Positions 17,839-31,300 of a DNA stretch of 64,000 nt are shown one piece after another (position 1 is the first letter of the stretch; each line of letters begins with the position of its first letter). The position numbers and the translations under genes are program-made. Source of the DNA: a virus; the IMG/VR virus record IMGVR_UViG_3300025137_005412, positions 88,042 through 152,041 of that record. One strand, given 5' to 3'. Below the pieces are notes generated by a model. It saw only the letters and a list, made by a program, of their open reading frames with translations, was not told the DNA's origin and ran no database searches.

Positions 17839-19653
17839 ATGTCCGACAATAGACCAATTATAGCCAATCCTGATTTCAATGATATAAAACAGGATATCAT
17901 TACACATTTCAAAGCAGATTCTAATTTTGCTGACTATGATTTCAAAGGTTCAGCTATGAATACTATCATAGATATTCTAGCTTATAACACACACTATAAT
18001 AATCTTGCTGCAAACTATCTTGTAAATGAATCATTCTTAGATACAGCACTCATGAGAAATAATATCATTTCAATTTCTAAGATGTTGAACTATACACCAA
18101 GATCTAAAGCTGCAGCTAAAGCAAGTTTAACATTAAGAATTCCAAAAGTAAATGGTAATAACGTTTACACAATTCCAGCTGGAAGTTTATTTACCGCTTC
18201 TGATGGTTCAACAACATATAACTTCTACACATTAAGAAACTACAGTGTTCAATATGATGCAACTGATGCGAACGGTGTCACAAGAGATGTGATTATAGAA
18301 ATTTGTGAAGGTGATCAAATTACACAAAGATTTGCAGCTACAGCTGAACACACAAGTTTTCCTAAATTTGAATTAGGTAATAAAGGAATAGACACAAAAA
18401 CAATTAGTGTATCAGTAAATGGAGAGACTTGGACACCAGTCACAAACGATACACAAGGAACCACTGGAGTTTCAAACCTTAGTACAATATATTTTATTGA
18501 AGAAACAAGAAATTTACAACATAGTATTATGTTTGGTAATGGTGTATTAGGTAAGAAGCTAGAAGTTGGTGATGAAATATTAGCAACATACATCGTAACG
18601 AATGGTGCAGAAGCAAATGGAATTAATAATTTTTCAATTAAGATTTCTGGAAGATCTGATATAACAACAGTATTGACAGTGCCAGCTGATGGTGGTGGTG
18701 ATATAGAAACTATAAGAGAAATTAAAGACAACGCACCTAACTGGTTCCAAGCACAATTCAGAGCCGTAACAGAAAATGATTATAAAGCTATATTAAAAAA
18801 AGAGTATGCTGATATTCAAGCTTTGAATGTTTATGGTGGTGAAACTGTAGGTAAACCTGGTAAAGTTTTCTTTTCAATTAAACCAAAGTCTGGTGACAAA
18901 TTAACAGAACAAGCAAAACTTACAATCACTAGAGATATATTATCTAAATTTAATCTTGTGACTGTCACACCAACTGTTGTAGATCCACTTATAACAAGAA
19001 TTATTGTTAAAACAGTTTTACAATTTGACAACTCTAAGATTACTACAAGTTCTGAAGTTTTAGAATCTAAAGTATTAGCATTGTATAATGTATTGAACTC
19101 ATCTTACATTGGTGATTTTATGGAATCATTCTCAGTGTCAAGATTAATGGAAGAAATTTTAAAGCTAGATAATTCAATCACAGCTGTAAATCCTAGAATC
19201 AATTTAAGATTTAATGTAAATGCAAAGAATTCGCTTTTAGATAATTCATCATTCACATTTAATAATAGATTACATACTGAACCTTATGCTGGTGAAGCCT
19301 CTGTAGGTGGTGTATTAAATTCAACATTATTTAAAAGATCTGGAAGAACTAACTTCTCCAAATTTGTAGATGATGGTAAAGGAATATTAAGACTTGTTGA
19401 TGTAATTGAAGGTTCAAACATTATTGTTAACACATCAGCAGGAACAATAAATTATGAAACAGGTGAAGTTAATGTCACTGATTTTGATCCAGAAGATGGA
19501 ACAATTGGTTTTATCGTTATACCAGAATCTTTTGATGTTCAGGTACAAGGTAATTATCTTTTACAAATATCAACTGGAGATTCAACAGTAAGAGCGATTG
19601 ATAAGAATGATACAGCTTCACTCAACTTATTTAATGTATCGAGAGCAAGTTAA
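17839..19653 (+). CDS. gp6: Baseplate wedge subunit gp6
   Basis: DYDFKGS...DILAYNTHY, NESFLDTA, YTPRS, FGNGVLG, RAVTENDY, GTINYETG. Confidence 0.93.
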   Translation: MSDNRPIIANPDFNDIKQDIITHFKADSNFADYDFKGSAMNTIIDILAYNTHYNNLAANYLVNESFLDTALMRNNIISISKMLNYTPRSKAAAKASLTLRIPKVNGNNVYTIPAGSLFTASDGSTTYNFYTLRNYSVQYDATDANGVTRDVIIEICEGDQITQRFAATAEHTSFPKFELGNKGIDTKTISVSVNGETWTPVTNDTQGTTGVSNLSTIYFIEETRNLQHSIMFGNGVLGKKLEVGDEILATYIVTNGAEANGINNFSIKISGRSDITTVLTVPADGGGDIETIREIKDNAPNWFQAQFRAVTENDYKAILKKEYADIQALNVYGGETVGKPGKVFFSIKPKSGDKLTEQAKLTITRDILSKFNLVTVTPTVVDPLITRIIVKTVLQFDNSKITTSSEVLESKVLALYNVLNSSYIGDFMESFSVSRLMEEILKLDNSITAVNPRINLRFNVNAKNSLLDNSSFTFNNRLHTEPYAGEASVGGVLNSTLFKRSGRTNFSKFVDDGKGILRLVDVIEGSNIIVNTSAGTINYETGEVNVTDFDPEDGTIGFIVIPESFDVQVQGNYLLQISTGDSTVRAIDKNDTASLNLFNVSRAS

Positions 19654-22600
19654 TGGCCAAACATATACTGCCAATAGTCAAAACGCAGTTGCCGGAGTTC
19701 ATAAGATCTGAACATCCGCAATTTGAGCTGTTCATCAGTGCATATTACGAGTATCTAGAAAAACAAACTGATAGTGATTCAACATCAGCTTTAAATCTTT
19801 TTAAGTCTGCACCCAATGCGGGTGCAATAATAAACAATGCAGAAGAATATCGTGATGTACATACTACACTTAACGAGTTCAAAGAGTACTTTCAAAAACA
19901 ATTAACTCCATTTGTAATAACAGGAAACAAAGTCACAGATGGAATAGTATTCCAAAAAGCTAGAGATGTTTACTTATCTAAAGGTTCTCCAAATTCATTT
20001 AAGCTTTTATTTAGAATATTGTTTGGTCAAGAGATTGATCTCTTCGAACCTAAAAATCAAATTCTTATTGCTTCAGAATCATTGTATACATCATTTGCAC
20101 AGATAAAAGCTGAAGTAATACAAAATGAATCTAATCTTGGTGACTTTAATTATGAGCTTGCAACAATACGTTTAGACACTGACATAAATGATAGTGATGC
20201 ATCTAAGAATATACTCACTGTTCTTGATGGTACATTTACTGGTGTTACGAAAAACAATAGAACAGTACTTACATTATATCTTACAAAAAATCCAGATTCA
20301 GATATGAATGGATTACTTGTTCCAAGAAGAGAAGTACTTTTAAGAGATTCACAAGACCCCACAAAAGAAGTAAAAGTAAGATTATTAAATCACTTAGGAA
20401 ATGTAAGTGTCACAGACGGTGGTTCTGGATTTAGAATTGGTGATAAGTTCTTTGTAAGAGATACCACAACAACTATACCAGTTCAGGTGACGAAAGTTGC
20501 ATCAGGCGAAATTGATAGATTAATGATAAGATCAAGAGGTACTAACTACAGAGTTGGTGATACAATTGAATTTCTTGATACCGCCTCAGGTGCAGGTGCT
20601 TTAGCATTCATTACCGGTGTTGATCAACAAGGTACAGTCACACAAATAGATGGTACAAATGTAAGATTAGGTGAAGCAAATACTGGTTATCTTTCAGAAG
20701 AATTTGAACCTGTAGTAGTTCCTATTATTCAAAAAGGTCAATACACACATATTCCTGTACCATTTATAAGAACAAATACTGGTTCTGGTTTAGTAGTAAG
20801 TGGTCTATCATCTCAGGTTGGAAAGATATTAGAGGTATCTACTCCACAAACTGGATTCTTTGACTCAGATAGTTTTGGTATTCCAACACTTGAAAGTCCA
20901 TTAGGTATCAGAATTACAAATGAAGAATCAATTGATGTAGGTAATGTTATTGAGTTTCAACATTTTACACCAGATTCAGAAGGTGGTTCATTAAGACACG
21001 ATAGTGAAGTCTTTACAATTAATTTAACAATACAAGATTCTGATGGTATTACAAATGATAGTGATACATTATATTGGTCTGGTATAGAAGAACTTGGAAC
21101 AAACGTATTGTATGATAGCACTTCTGGTGGTTCTAATTATGCTCCTGGAAGTATGGCTGATTCAGATGATATAATTGTTTCAAGCAACTTTGACAAACAC
21201 CGATTTGATGGTAGAAGTAATGGTCTATTTAGTACTCAATGGGTTCAAGGTATAGTAGAACCTAAACTTTTAGGTGGCAATAGAACTAAAGATGCACGTC
21301 ATTATGTAAACTATTCATCTAACAGAAAGTATTTCTTTAGAAGTGGTTTAAAATTTAAGATTATAAGAATGCCTGTTGCATGGGATTCTGAAAATTACAA
21401 TTGGAAAATTAGACAAATAAAATATTATGACTCTGATGGAGATAGTGATTTTATAGAAAGATGGAAAGCAAATCCTGAATTTGATATTCAAGGAATTACA
21501 CCAACTTATTATTCTTGGGAATTAGGTCAACCAGGTCCTAATAAATGGGCTAGATGGGTAAGTGCTTGGGCAGCAATTGATGGTGGTCACTTAAATGAAT
21601 CAGATGGTAAGTTTACAACAACTGCAACCGAAGGAAATGCAGCATGGAAAAATATTCAACACCAAACTACAAGAGTTGCAGGTAAACCTGGACAAAGATA
21701 TGGATATCCAGTAAACAGATCAGATTCTGATGAATATCAATTAGGTCAATTTAGTAATAGTACAAATGCTATTGATTCAGTTGACATGCCACTAGATAAG
21801 TATAAGAATGCTGGTATGAGATTAGGCGATCCAGAAAGAACTACACATCCAGTAGATTCTGACAACGGTGGTGGTGGTACTAGTGGTATTAATATATGGT
21901 ACGATCATGCGGATAACGCTAGTGAAGCTGGTGATTTAATTAAGTTGCAAACAGAACCAGCATCAAGACATGCAGTACAAGCTTTTCCAATTAAGATCGA
22001 TGACCCAAGACTTTACAGATTAGATAAGTTTCATTTAGATCAATTAAAACAATCTGCAGTAAATGATTCTGAAAACACATTAACATATAGTACAGAGATT
22101 TTTGTATCTGCAGACTTATCAGATTCTGATGGTTCAGGTAAGGGAACATCAAAAACTATTGGTGAATTTGTTAGTACTGGATATGGTGGTGTAGTTGCTA
22201 CTAAATCAGCTGACGGTACAAGCTTTACAATTTCTAAGGCAGATAGCGAGCAGGTTTTATCTACATTGAACAAACCAATGAATTTCCCTAATGATAGTGA
22301 AATACTAGTTTTTGATAGATTACCTCACGCATTGTTAAGAGTTATTAAAGTAAACCCTTCTGACGGTACTAAACTATCACAAGAAACATTCCCAGTTTCA
22401 AATGCTATAGTTCAATATGAATCACCAATTTTGAAAACAGGTTTTCCTCTTACTTCAATAACAGAAAAAACATTTCTTAACGAATCAGGTTTTTTAAGTT
22501 CTATTTCTGGTGGTATATTAAGAGATAACTATACAGTATCAGAATTCTCATACATCATTCAAACAGAATTATCTATGAATAAATGGAGAGGACCAATCAA

Positions 22601-23900
22601 AGATACTTTACATCCTGCTGGAATGTATATGTTTGGTGAATTAAATGTTGATACGAGTGCTGAAATCAATACAGGAAATTCTGCATTGCCACACACAGAC
22701 ATTGGTACTGAAGCATCTTCACTTACATTTGATGCAGATGATGATTATTATAATGATAAGCAAACTGAAGGTATTGCTGTTTTTTCAGATAGTATTTCTT
22801 TTGCTTCAAATCCATTTAATGTTGTATCATTAACAAACGATGCATCAGGAACTTTCCTTACCGCAGATTATACTCAGAGAAATGTTGAATCATCAATACA
22901 ATCACAAAGAGGAAATGCTTTCTTTGATTATGAACCAGTTGGTCTCGTACATAAAGTATGGACAGTGTTTGACTCTGAAGGTCATTACAATCATGTAAGA
23001 GGAGCAATTGATTCAGACTCTGATTTGAAAGCTAAATTTGGAATGTACTTCACACCAAGACAAGGTGATGGTAAACTAATATTAGGTTCAGGCTTTGATT
23101 CAGATTTCTTTAAGAGAGATATTACAACACAAGTTCATGATAGTGAAATTACTCGTGACTCAAAAGTTAATAATGTAAAAACTCATTATGTGCCTAGTGA
23201 ATTTCATGGAGCCAAAAGATATGGTAATATAGAATTAATTGGTATATCACAAGTCAAATATGAAGATTTTGAGTTATTTAGAGTTTATGATTCAGAAATT
23301 CCAAAAGATATTTTTCAAAGATGGGATGCTGAAACTGCCGTAACATTTGAAAAAATTGATTACAGTAGAATCAAAGATAGTGATAAAGATGTTGATACGT
23401 TCAACACTCCATTAGAAAGAACAAGAGAAATAAGAATAAGTAAAGCTGTTGACTTTAACACAGCATTAAGACTTAATAAAGATTTGAACTTCACAGTAAA
23501 TGGAACAACTTACTATGACTTAGAAGCATTTGAACAAAAGTATCATAACTTCAATGCTTTAAGAGATTCTGAGTACAATGAAGGTTGGAGCATACCAGGA
23601 AAATTCACAGCATTAGGTAATATTAGACAGACTGCACCTGACTCAGAATATGATTCAGATATGATTGTAAGAGATGATCAAGCACGTAAGCGATTTGCTA
23701 TTGAAAAAGAAAGAGGATATTCAGATACTAAATCACCTCGAACAGCAAGAGCTTTTGGAAATTATTTAGGTGGATCTAATACTATAATCGTAAGACCTAC
23801 TTATCCTGCGGGTGCTGGAATAAATAATACAGCACAACTATTAGGAACAGTTTCTGACTCAGATTACAAAGAGAATCTAGAATTTAAGAGAAAAAATTAA
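19653..23900 (+). CDS. gp7: Baseplate wedge initiator (gp7-like), expanded
   Basis: QLPEFIR...F..AYYEYLE, YLSKGS..SFKLLFRILFG, FSYII...W...K..LHPAGM..FG. Lies between gp6 and gp8. ~29 DS[D/E]. Confidence 0.75.
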   Translation: MAKHILPIVKTQLPEFIRSEHPQFELFISAYYEYLEKQTDSDSTSALNLFKSAPNAGAIINNAEEYRDVHTTLNEFKEYFQKQLTPFVITGNKVTDGIVFQKARDVYLSKGSPNSFKLLFRILFGQEIDLFEPKNQILIASESLYTSFAQIKAEVIQNESNLGDFNYELATIRLDTDINDSDASKNILTVLDGTFTGVTKNNRTVLTLYLTKNPDSDMNGLLVPRREVLLRDSQDPTKEVKVRLLNHLGNVSVTDGGSGFRIGDKFFVRDTTTTIPVQVTKVASGEIDRLMIRSRGTNYRVGDTIEFLDTASGAGALAFITGVDQQGTVTQIDGTNVRLGEANTGYLSEEFEPVVVPIIQKGQYTHIPVPFIRTNTGSGLVVSGLSSQVGKILEVSTPQTGFFDSDSFGIPTLESPLGIRITNEESIDVGNVIEFQHFTPDSEGGSLRHDSEVFTINLTIQDSDGITNDSDTLYWSGIEELGTNVLYDSTSGGSNYAPGSMADSDDIIVSSNFDKHRFDGRSNGLFSTQWVQGIVEPKLLGGNRTKDARHYVNYSSNRKYFFRSGLKFKIIRMPVAWDSENYNWKIRQIKYYDSDGDSDFIERWKANPEFDIQGITPTYYSWELGQPGPNKWARWVSAWAAIDGGHLNESDGKFTTTATEGNAAWKNIQHQTTRVAGKPGQRYGYPVNRSDSDEYQLGQFSNSTNAIDSVDMPLDKYKNAGMRLGDPERTTHPVDSDNGGGGTSGINIWYDHADNASEAGDLIKLQTEPASRHAVQAFPIKIDDPRLYRLDKFHLDQLKQSAVNDSENTLTYSTEIFVSADLSDSDGSGKGTSKTIGEFVSTGYGGVVATKSADGTSFTISKADSEQVLSTLNKPMNFPNDSEILVFDRLPHALLRVIKVNPSDGTKLSQETFPVSNAIVQYESPILKTGFPLTSITEKTFLNESGFLSSISGGILRDNYTVSEFSYIIQTELSMNKWRGPIKDTLHPAGMYMFGELNVDTSAEINTGNSALPHTDIGTEASSLTFDADDDYYNDKQTEGIAVFSDSISFASNPFNVVSLTNDASGTFLTADYTQRNVESSIQSQRGNAFFDYEPVGLVHKVWTVFDSEGHYNHVRGAIDSDSDLKAKFGMYFTPRQGDGKLILGSGFDSDFFKRDITTQVHDSEITRDSKVNNVKTHYVPSEFHGAKRYGNIELIGISQVKYEDFELFRVYDSEIPKDIFQRWDAETAVTFEKIDYSRIKDSDKDVDTFNTPLERTREIRISKAVDFNTALRLNKDLNFTVNGTTYYDLEAFEQKYHNFNALRDSEYNEGWSIPGKFTALGNIRQTAPDSEYDSDMIVRDDQARKRFAIEKERGYSDTKSPRTARAFGNYLGGSNTIIVRPTYPAGAGINNTAQLLGTVSDSDYKENLEFKRKN

Positions 23901-25312
23901 TGGCAACTATAGGTAAAGTCACTAACGAATTAAAAACACTTTTAACTAAGTCAACACGTGATGAGATTCGTGATACAACGAATGATGACTCGTTTTATGC
24001 GTTTATTGCCTATACAGATTCCGAAGACTATCCCTTCAGTGACTCAGACGCTTCTGAGGCTGTAACGGACTCAGATCTAATAGGAATCTATAAGAATATG
24101 GTCACAATGCACCGAGTACTGCCTGGAGGTGTTTCTCGAGTGATTAAGAGAAAGAACTGGATAACTAATAGTAGTTATGTCGGTTGGAACTCAGATACTT
24201 CAAATGATAGTGACTATTATGTAATGTCTACAGAGATTGTGCAAGGTGTTCCAAGACAAAATGTTTATAAGTGTTTGAATGCTCCATCTAAAGTATCATC
24301 CACTGTAGCACCAACTGGTTCATCTTCATTACCATTTAAAACTTCTGATAATTATTGGTGGCAGTATATGTACACAATTACAAATTCAGATGCTATTTTA
24401 TTTATGACATCTGCATTTATGCCAATACCAGAAAGAGTTGATGTAGCTGAATCCGTTAACGTAACGGCAGGTACCGCAAGATATGACTTATTGCAAGTAC
24501 AAAATAATGCAATTAAAGGTAGTGTCTTTAATGTAAGAATAAAACATGGTCCTAATGAAAGACCAGACTCTGATAAATTAAGAGGATTTACAAACAAACT
24601 TGTTGTAAACATTAAAGGTAAAGATGGAGTAGGTAATACACCTACACAAACATTTAAAGCAACTGCAACTAGAGATAGTGAACAGTCAGCTGTATGGAAA
24701 TTTCAAGTACAACAATATGGTATAGGTTATACTGCACTTCCTTATGCTTGTGATTCTGAGAATGATTCAGAAATTAAATGTTTCAGATTAGATCTTGCTC
24801 CTGGACTTGGACATGGTGCTGATGCTGGTGATGAACTACAAGCGAGAGATGTTATGATGACTTCTCGTGTAATTCCACTAGATAATGGATTTTCAAAATT
24901 AGCAAGTGGTGAATTCAGTATGATTGGATTAATTAAGAATCCTATTGATACAGCTACAAATAGAATTGGAACACAAAATTATTATACAGTTGCTAAAAAA
25001 ATAACATGTGATAACGCTGCATTATTCAAAATCAATGATGTGTTCTATAAACAAGGTGATTCAGATACAGCTGGTAAAGTTGTTTCGATAGATAATAAAG
25101 ATGTTTTTTATATTAATGTTGGAAAATTAAGAAACAATTTTGCAGACAGTGATCAGATTATTTCCACTACTCACAATAATGTAATTCAGAAAGCTAAGTC
25201 AGCTGATGTTATCTTTAATAGTGGTCAATTCTTATCGGTTGATTATTTACCAACAGCATTAGAAAGATCACAAGATCAGATAGAATCATTGAATATTATC
25301 TTGAAATTGTAA
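23900..25312 (+). CDS. gp8: Baseplate wedge subunit gp8
   Basis: VIKRKNW, VYKCLN, DNYWWQYMYTI, FMPIP, GHGAD...EL, GLIKNP, RSQDQIE. Confidence 0.85.
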   Translation: MATIGKVTNELKTLLTKSTRDEIRDTTNDDSFYAFIAYTDSEDYPFSDSDASEAVTDSDLIGIYKNMVTMHRVLPGGVSRVIKRKNWITNSSYVGWNSDTSNDSDYYVMSTEIVQGVPRQNVYKCLNAPSKVSSTVAPTGSSSLPFKTSDNYWWQYMYTITNSDAILFMTSAFMPIPERVDVAESVNVTAGTARYDLLQVQNNAIKGSVFNVRIKHGPNERPDSDKLRGFTNKLVVNIKGKDGVGNTPTQTFKATATRDSEQSAVWKFQVQQYGIGYTALPYACDSENDSEIKCFRLDLAPGLGHGADAGDELQARDVMMTSRVIPLDNGFSKLASGEFSMIGLIKNPIDTATNRIGTQNYYTVAKKITCDNAALFKINDVFYKQGDSDTAGKVVSIDNKDVFYINVGKLRNNFADSDQIISTTHNNVIQKAKSADVIFNSGQFLSVDYLPTALERSQDQIESLNIILKL

Positions 25313-25318
25313 TAAATA
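25311..25318 (+). promoter_or_regulatory. Putative late promoter
   Basis: AATAAATA upstream of the VrlC-like gene. Confidence 0.5.
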
Positions 25319-25340
25319 AAAAGAGAGAGATTTACTATAT

Positions 25341-28300
25341 ATGTCAACAATTAACTTAAATGTATCGCCGTATTTTGACGATTTTGATGAGAAGAAGGAT
25401 TACCTTCGTGTCTTATTTAGACCTGGTTTTGCGGTACAGGCAAGAGAGTTAACACAACTACAGACTATAGCACAAAAGCAAGTTTCAAGACAAGGAAATC
25501 ATATATTTAAAGATGGTTCTCGAGTCACTGAAGGTAATGTAAATATAAACTTCAATACACACAACATGAACCTTATATCAGGTTCTGGTAATATTAATTT
25601 CCCATTAAGTGGTGCTCTCACAGGTTCAGTTGAAGCTACACTAGATAATTTTTCTGAAACAATAATTTCTAACCAGGACAACACTGTAAAAGCTAGAGTT
25701 TTAAAAACTCCTACTGGTTCTGTACTAGCAAATAAAACAGGTAATATTTACTTCACATATATAACAAGTAAAAAATTCACAGATTCAGATCAAGGATACA
25801 TATACGCAAGAGCTGAAGATAATCCAGAACTTACTGTCACATACGTAAATGTCTTTTCAAAAGTATCAGAAGCTACAATGGCAACTATACTTTCAGGTAT
25901 TTACTATATAGATGGTTTCTTTGCAAGAATACAAGAACAAAATATCGTTGTATCATCTACAACTCAAAAGCCAACAGCAGCTATAGGTTTCTCAATTACA
26001 TCAAAAGATATATCTGCAAATGATGATGCATCACTCTTTGATAATGCACGTGGTTCTACAAACGAAGGTGCACCAGGTGCGAATAGATTACAAAACCTAA
26101 TTAGTGTATTAATAAAGAGTACATTAGATCAAGGTTCTGATCCAACATTCTACAAGCAAGTAGAGATTAAAGATGGTGTAATTTTAGGAGATACTGAAAA
26201 GACTCCTACTGGATCAAGAGTGACTCCAAATCCTATGTACAATGGTCTTGGCGATACAATGGCAAGAAGAAGAAAAGAAGAATCAGGTTCTTATGCAGTT
26301 AATAAATTCATTCCAAAAATTCAACAACAATCTTATGAAGATTCAGATAAGTTTGCAGTTTCATTCAGCAAAGGTCTAGCTTATATTAATGGATATAGAC
26401 AAGAAACATTTGCAGATGAATTAATATATTTAGATCGTAATACAGAAGCTAAAAAAGAAACAAACCACAAAATTCCTATTCTAGGAGCACCATACGTAGA
26501 AGTAAGAAATGTAAACAGTGGTACAATGTCTGGTATGTTAACTGCTGATGCTAATGGTATTGGTGCATTCACTAACAAACTAGCGCTAAAAGATTCTGAT
26601 GGAAATACTATTGGATTTGCTAGATCATATGGTTATCAAGCAACTAACGGTGAAACTAATGGTAGAGTATATCTTACTGATGTTAAGATGTTCCAACATG
26701 TAAGATTTGGACCATCTGGTACATATGATTCAGACACAAGTCATTTTTGGAGAAACTCCTTAATTGCTGGTGAACAAGTCACTGCAACTTTAAATGGTAA
26801 AGTTCAGACTGGTGATGTTGTAAAATTGTATGCACAACACAAGAACGATTCTGACTGGACAGATATAAACTTCTCACCTAATGGTCTAAACAGACTTGGT
26901 GGTGTATCATCTTATAAGACTACTGGTGTACTACTCACAAATTCAAATGCACAATTTCAAAAAGGTGCAAAGATTGAAGGTTCTATTGATAGAACTGTGG
27001 TATTATCTCCAAGAATTGAAAATGCACGTCAATTTAAGTTTGCAGAAGTAAGAGAAGTAAGAGGTTCAACAAACGATTCTGAAGGTGTATCATTCAAGGC
27101 ATTTACTGATTGGACACCTGGTGAAGGTGCTAAAATGAAAAATGTTTCAGGTGCATTATTTGGTGGTACCGGAAAAACATTTAAAACACTACGTTCTGGT
27201 ACAGTTCCATTTGATAATGACTTTGATGTTCTTTATAAAGCACCACCTACAATTTCTTCAACAGACGGTGGATTAGCAGTCACACCAGACTTTTCAGATT
27301 CTCAATGGTCAACACACTTTAGAAATGGTGACTATAAGAAAACGAGAATTGATGATGCTGTAGAGATTACAAAAGAATTAAAATATGGTGTTTTAAAAAT
27401 AAGAAATACATCAGATATTACAAGATCGTCTTCAGTGAATTCCTCTTGGTCAGCACTAGATAGAAAGATTAACTTATTCTATCCAGACATTTACAGAGTT
27501 TATAAGATTGTTCATGGTTCTACGAACAATTCATTTGGTACATCAACTACAGAACCTAACGCAAGCTTTGATAGAATTAAAGTAAACATTTCTGGTGGTG
27601 CAACTATACCACAAGGTTCACTAATAATTGGTAAAACTTCCAAGACACGTGCTAGAGTAGCACTTTCAAATACAATTGCAACTGGACAGACTACATTATC
27701 AGGTTCAACTGGTTATCATATCTCAATGTCAGGTACTGGTGCTCAAGATTTACTTGAAGTGTGCTTTGAAAAAGGTCAAGCTTTCACTGCAGGTGAACAG
27801 TTAAAAATAAAAGTTCCTGCTAAAGAAGATGCTATATCTTCAGAAATTACATTTACAGAAGTAAACACAAAAAAACCAGGTTCAGATATTACAGCTAACT
27901 ATTTACTTGATGATGGACAAAGAGTTGATTCATATCATATTGGTTCTGTTATCAGAAAAACTGGTGTACCAGCACCAGCTAATGGTGATATTTTAATATT
28001 CTATTCATACTTTGATGCTAATCCATTTCAATCATTCTATTATGGTGTAGATTCATATTCAGGTGATGGTTTCTATGATGTAGACCCAAGATATTATGGT
28101 AAACCAACTGAAATTAAAGAATATGAAGCATACACTGGTCTTAATTTAAGAAATGTTATTGACTTTAGATTTAGACAAAGATTAATAAGTGGTTATGCAA
28201 CAACTAACAACCCACTATCATTTTTATATAGAGAGTTTGAAAACACTGGTGTTCATGTTATTCCAGATGGTCAATTCTCTACAGATGCAGAATTCTTTAC

Positions 28301-31300
28301 TGGACAAAATATATCTTTCATACTTAATAATAAAGGTAGGATTAAAACAGTTCCAGGTGTAGCAGATGTCAAATCTCCAAAAGACCCAGATATTCAAGCA
28401 GGCGGAATGGTTCTTGCAACAATCTCAGTTCCACCAGCAGTAAGATACCCAGATAAAGAAATAGTAATATTCAGTGACCAACAACGTGGATATACAATGC
28501 GTGATATTGGAAAACTTGAAAAACGTATTAGAAATTTAGAAACATCAGTAAGCCTGTCTCTCTTAGAGAGTAAAGCTTTACAAGACAATATTGGTACAAG
28601 AGTAAAATCTGGATTTATTGTAGATGACTTCTCATCAGCTATTAACACTCCAGCTGATATAACAAATACACAGTTTAGATCTTCTATTGATGTTTCAAGA
28701 AACGTATTAAGACCACCATCTGTAGAAACAAATGTACAACTTCAAAGAGTAAGTGATGGTAATCGTATTGATCCATTCTTCTTAGCACAAAACACTGGAT
28801 TTATCTTAAAATCCTACACACAAGAACAGATGCTTGAACAAACATTTGCTTCAAGCTTAGTCAGAATTAATCCATTTGCAACTTGGGTTTATTCAGGTCA
28901 AATAGAATTAAATCCAACCCAAGATTTCTGGAGAGATCCAACTTGGAATGTTGTAGAAAATTTCTTTGTAGATAGAACTTCTTTTGGTGGTGGTTTATCA
29001 ACTGTTTCACAATCAGTATTCGATAATTTAGTACCAGTCACAAGAGATATTCCTAACACTAACTTTAACACAGTAGAAACAAACTGGACTGGAACCGTGA
29101 CTTCTACTACAACTGATGACTTTGGTAATCCAATGCTAGGTTGGTGGTGGTGGAATCAGGGTGGTACAACTACAACAACTACAGAAACACAAGTAGGTAC
29201 TGAAACTACTAGCAACTTTATTGCACAAGAAGAAGAGTTTACAAGTTCTTCAGACTTTAATGTAAGAGAAGTAAGAGAAAAAGATGACGCTTGGATAAGA
29301 TCGCAAACATTAGAATTCGAAGGTCAAGGATTTAGACCAGACACAGATCTTAAAGCTATATTTGATGGTCAAGATGTTTCAAGTACATGTTCACAAACAG
29401 ATTTCTTACCATTAGAAACTACAACTGCAAGAACTTATGCAGTTCAAGGTAATTTAAAAACAGATGGTAAAGGACAAATACGTGGAAGATTTATAATACC
29501 ATCACAAACATTCAAGACTGGAACTAAAGGTTTTATACTTTCTGACAAAGATGGTTCAAAAACAACTGAAGGTACAGTGTTCTTTACATCTAGAGGATTC
29601 TTTGAAGTTGGAGATTTAACAAACTTTAGAGCAACTAGAGATGCTGGTAATAGATTAATATCATCACAAACATCTAACGTAACTGGTGAATCAACCGTTA
29701 CTACTAACACAGTATGGAATCCATTTATTTGGCCAATATTCAACTTAAATATAGGTGGTGGTGATCCTATTGCACAGCTATTTACTTTACCACTTGATCC
29801 TGGATCAGATCCAAACAATTTTAACCCAGTTAGAAATGAAGCAAGATCAACTGGTTCATTCATAACATCAGTAGATATATTCTTAGGTTTCATAGATACA
29901 AGAGCTAACAATGATCACGTAATTTGTGAGATTAGAAGTAGTGATAATGGTTATCCTGGTAGAGAAATACTAGGTAGAGCAAGAGTTGATGTGACAAAGG
30001 CAAATGAGAATATAAGTAAACCAACAGTAGCTACAAACTTTAGATTTACAAATCCAGTTTACTTACAAGAAGAAACAGAATATGCAATTGTTCTACTAAC
30101 ACCATCAGATACTACATCAGCTTGGACAGCATTACAAGGAGAAGAAGATGTTATTACTGGTGGAAAGATAACTTCTCAACCAAATGTTGGTGGATACTTT
30201 GGATCATTCTTTAAATCGCAAAATGGTTCTACATGGACAGCCGAACAAAATAGAGATCTAACATTCAAAGCTTACCGAGCTAAGTTTGATCTTGGTGAAT
30301 CTGCAATAACAATGAGAGATAAAGCAAACTTCTATGGCCAACCAATTGGTCAAGCAGCTCAGGGATTAGCAGTAGAAACATTTAACAATTCATACTATAT
30401 TAAAATCCATCATCCAAATCACGGAATGTATGGTCCTGATGATACACACAGTGTAAGAATTCTTGGTGTTGCTGGTAATGGAAATATTAGTAATGCTGCA
30501 GATTCAGACTTAGTAAGATTTAGAGGAGAATCTGCATTGAATGGTTTACCAGTATCACTTATTAATAATGTAAGTAGTTTAGGAAATCTAACAACTACTT
30601 CCACAACTGCAAAACATAAAGTAAAATTTGCTACTCAAGATACATACATAATCGATATGAGTGAAGCTGATTCAGATACTTCAGCAGTAGCTTCATCACC
30701 AACAACTGGTGGATGGCACAAACAAGTTAAGAGTGGTAGAGGTGGTGGAGTACAAGTAGTTGCAACTGCAAACGTGCAGTATGATTCTATTAGAACTAAT
30801 ACACAAGCAATTAATTTTGATGAAACCTCAGTGAAACAAGAAGTTAAGACAACTACTGGTGCAAACTTAATATTAAGATCAGCATCAAACCAATTTGGTT
30901 ATAATACTGATTCAATATATTATAAATCACCACTTGTAAAAGATACAGCTGCAGTAAATCTTCCTATGGATAAACTCACAGACTTTGATCATCCAAGAAT
31001 TATCTTAGGTTCTATGAATAAATCATCATCTGCAGACTTTGAACAAATTCTTTATTTAAACACAGCAAATGAATACCTATCACCAGTTATTAGATTAGAT
31101 GCTGCAAGTCAAATGTTTGTACTTAAAAATAACTATGGTAAATACATTGATGATTCAGAATTAGCTGGTTTTATTGATTCAGATTTAGCAGCATCATCAA
31201 ATACTACTAAGCAAAAACAATATGCTTCTTACAAAGCTGGTTTATCAAGTTTTGATGAAACTGCAGCATATATAACAAAAGATATTACACTCTTAGAACC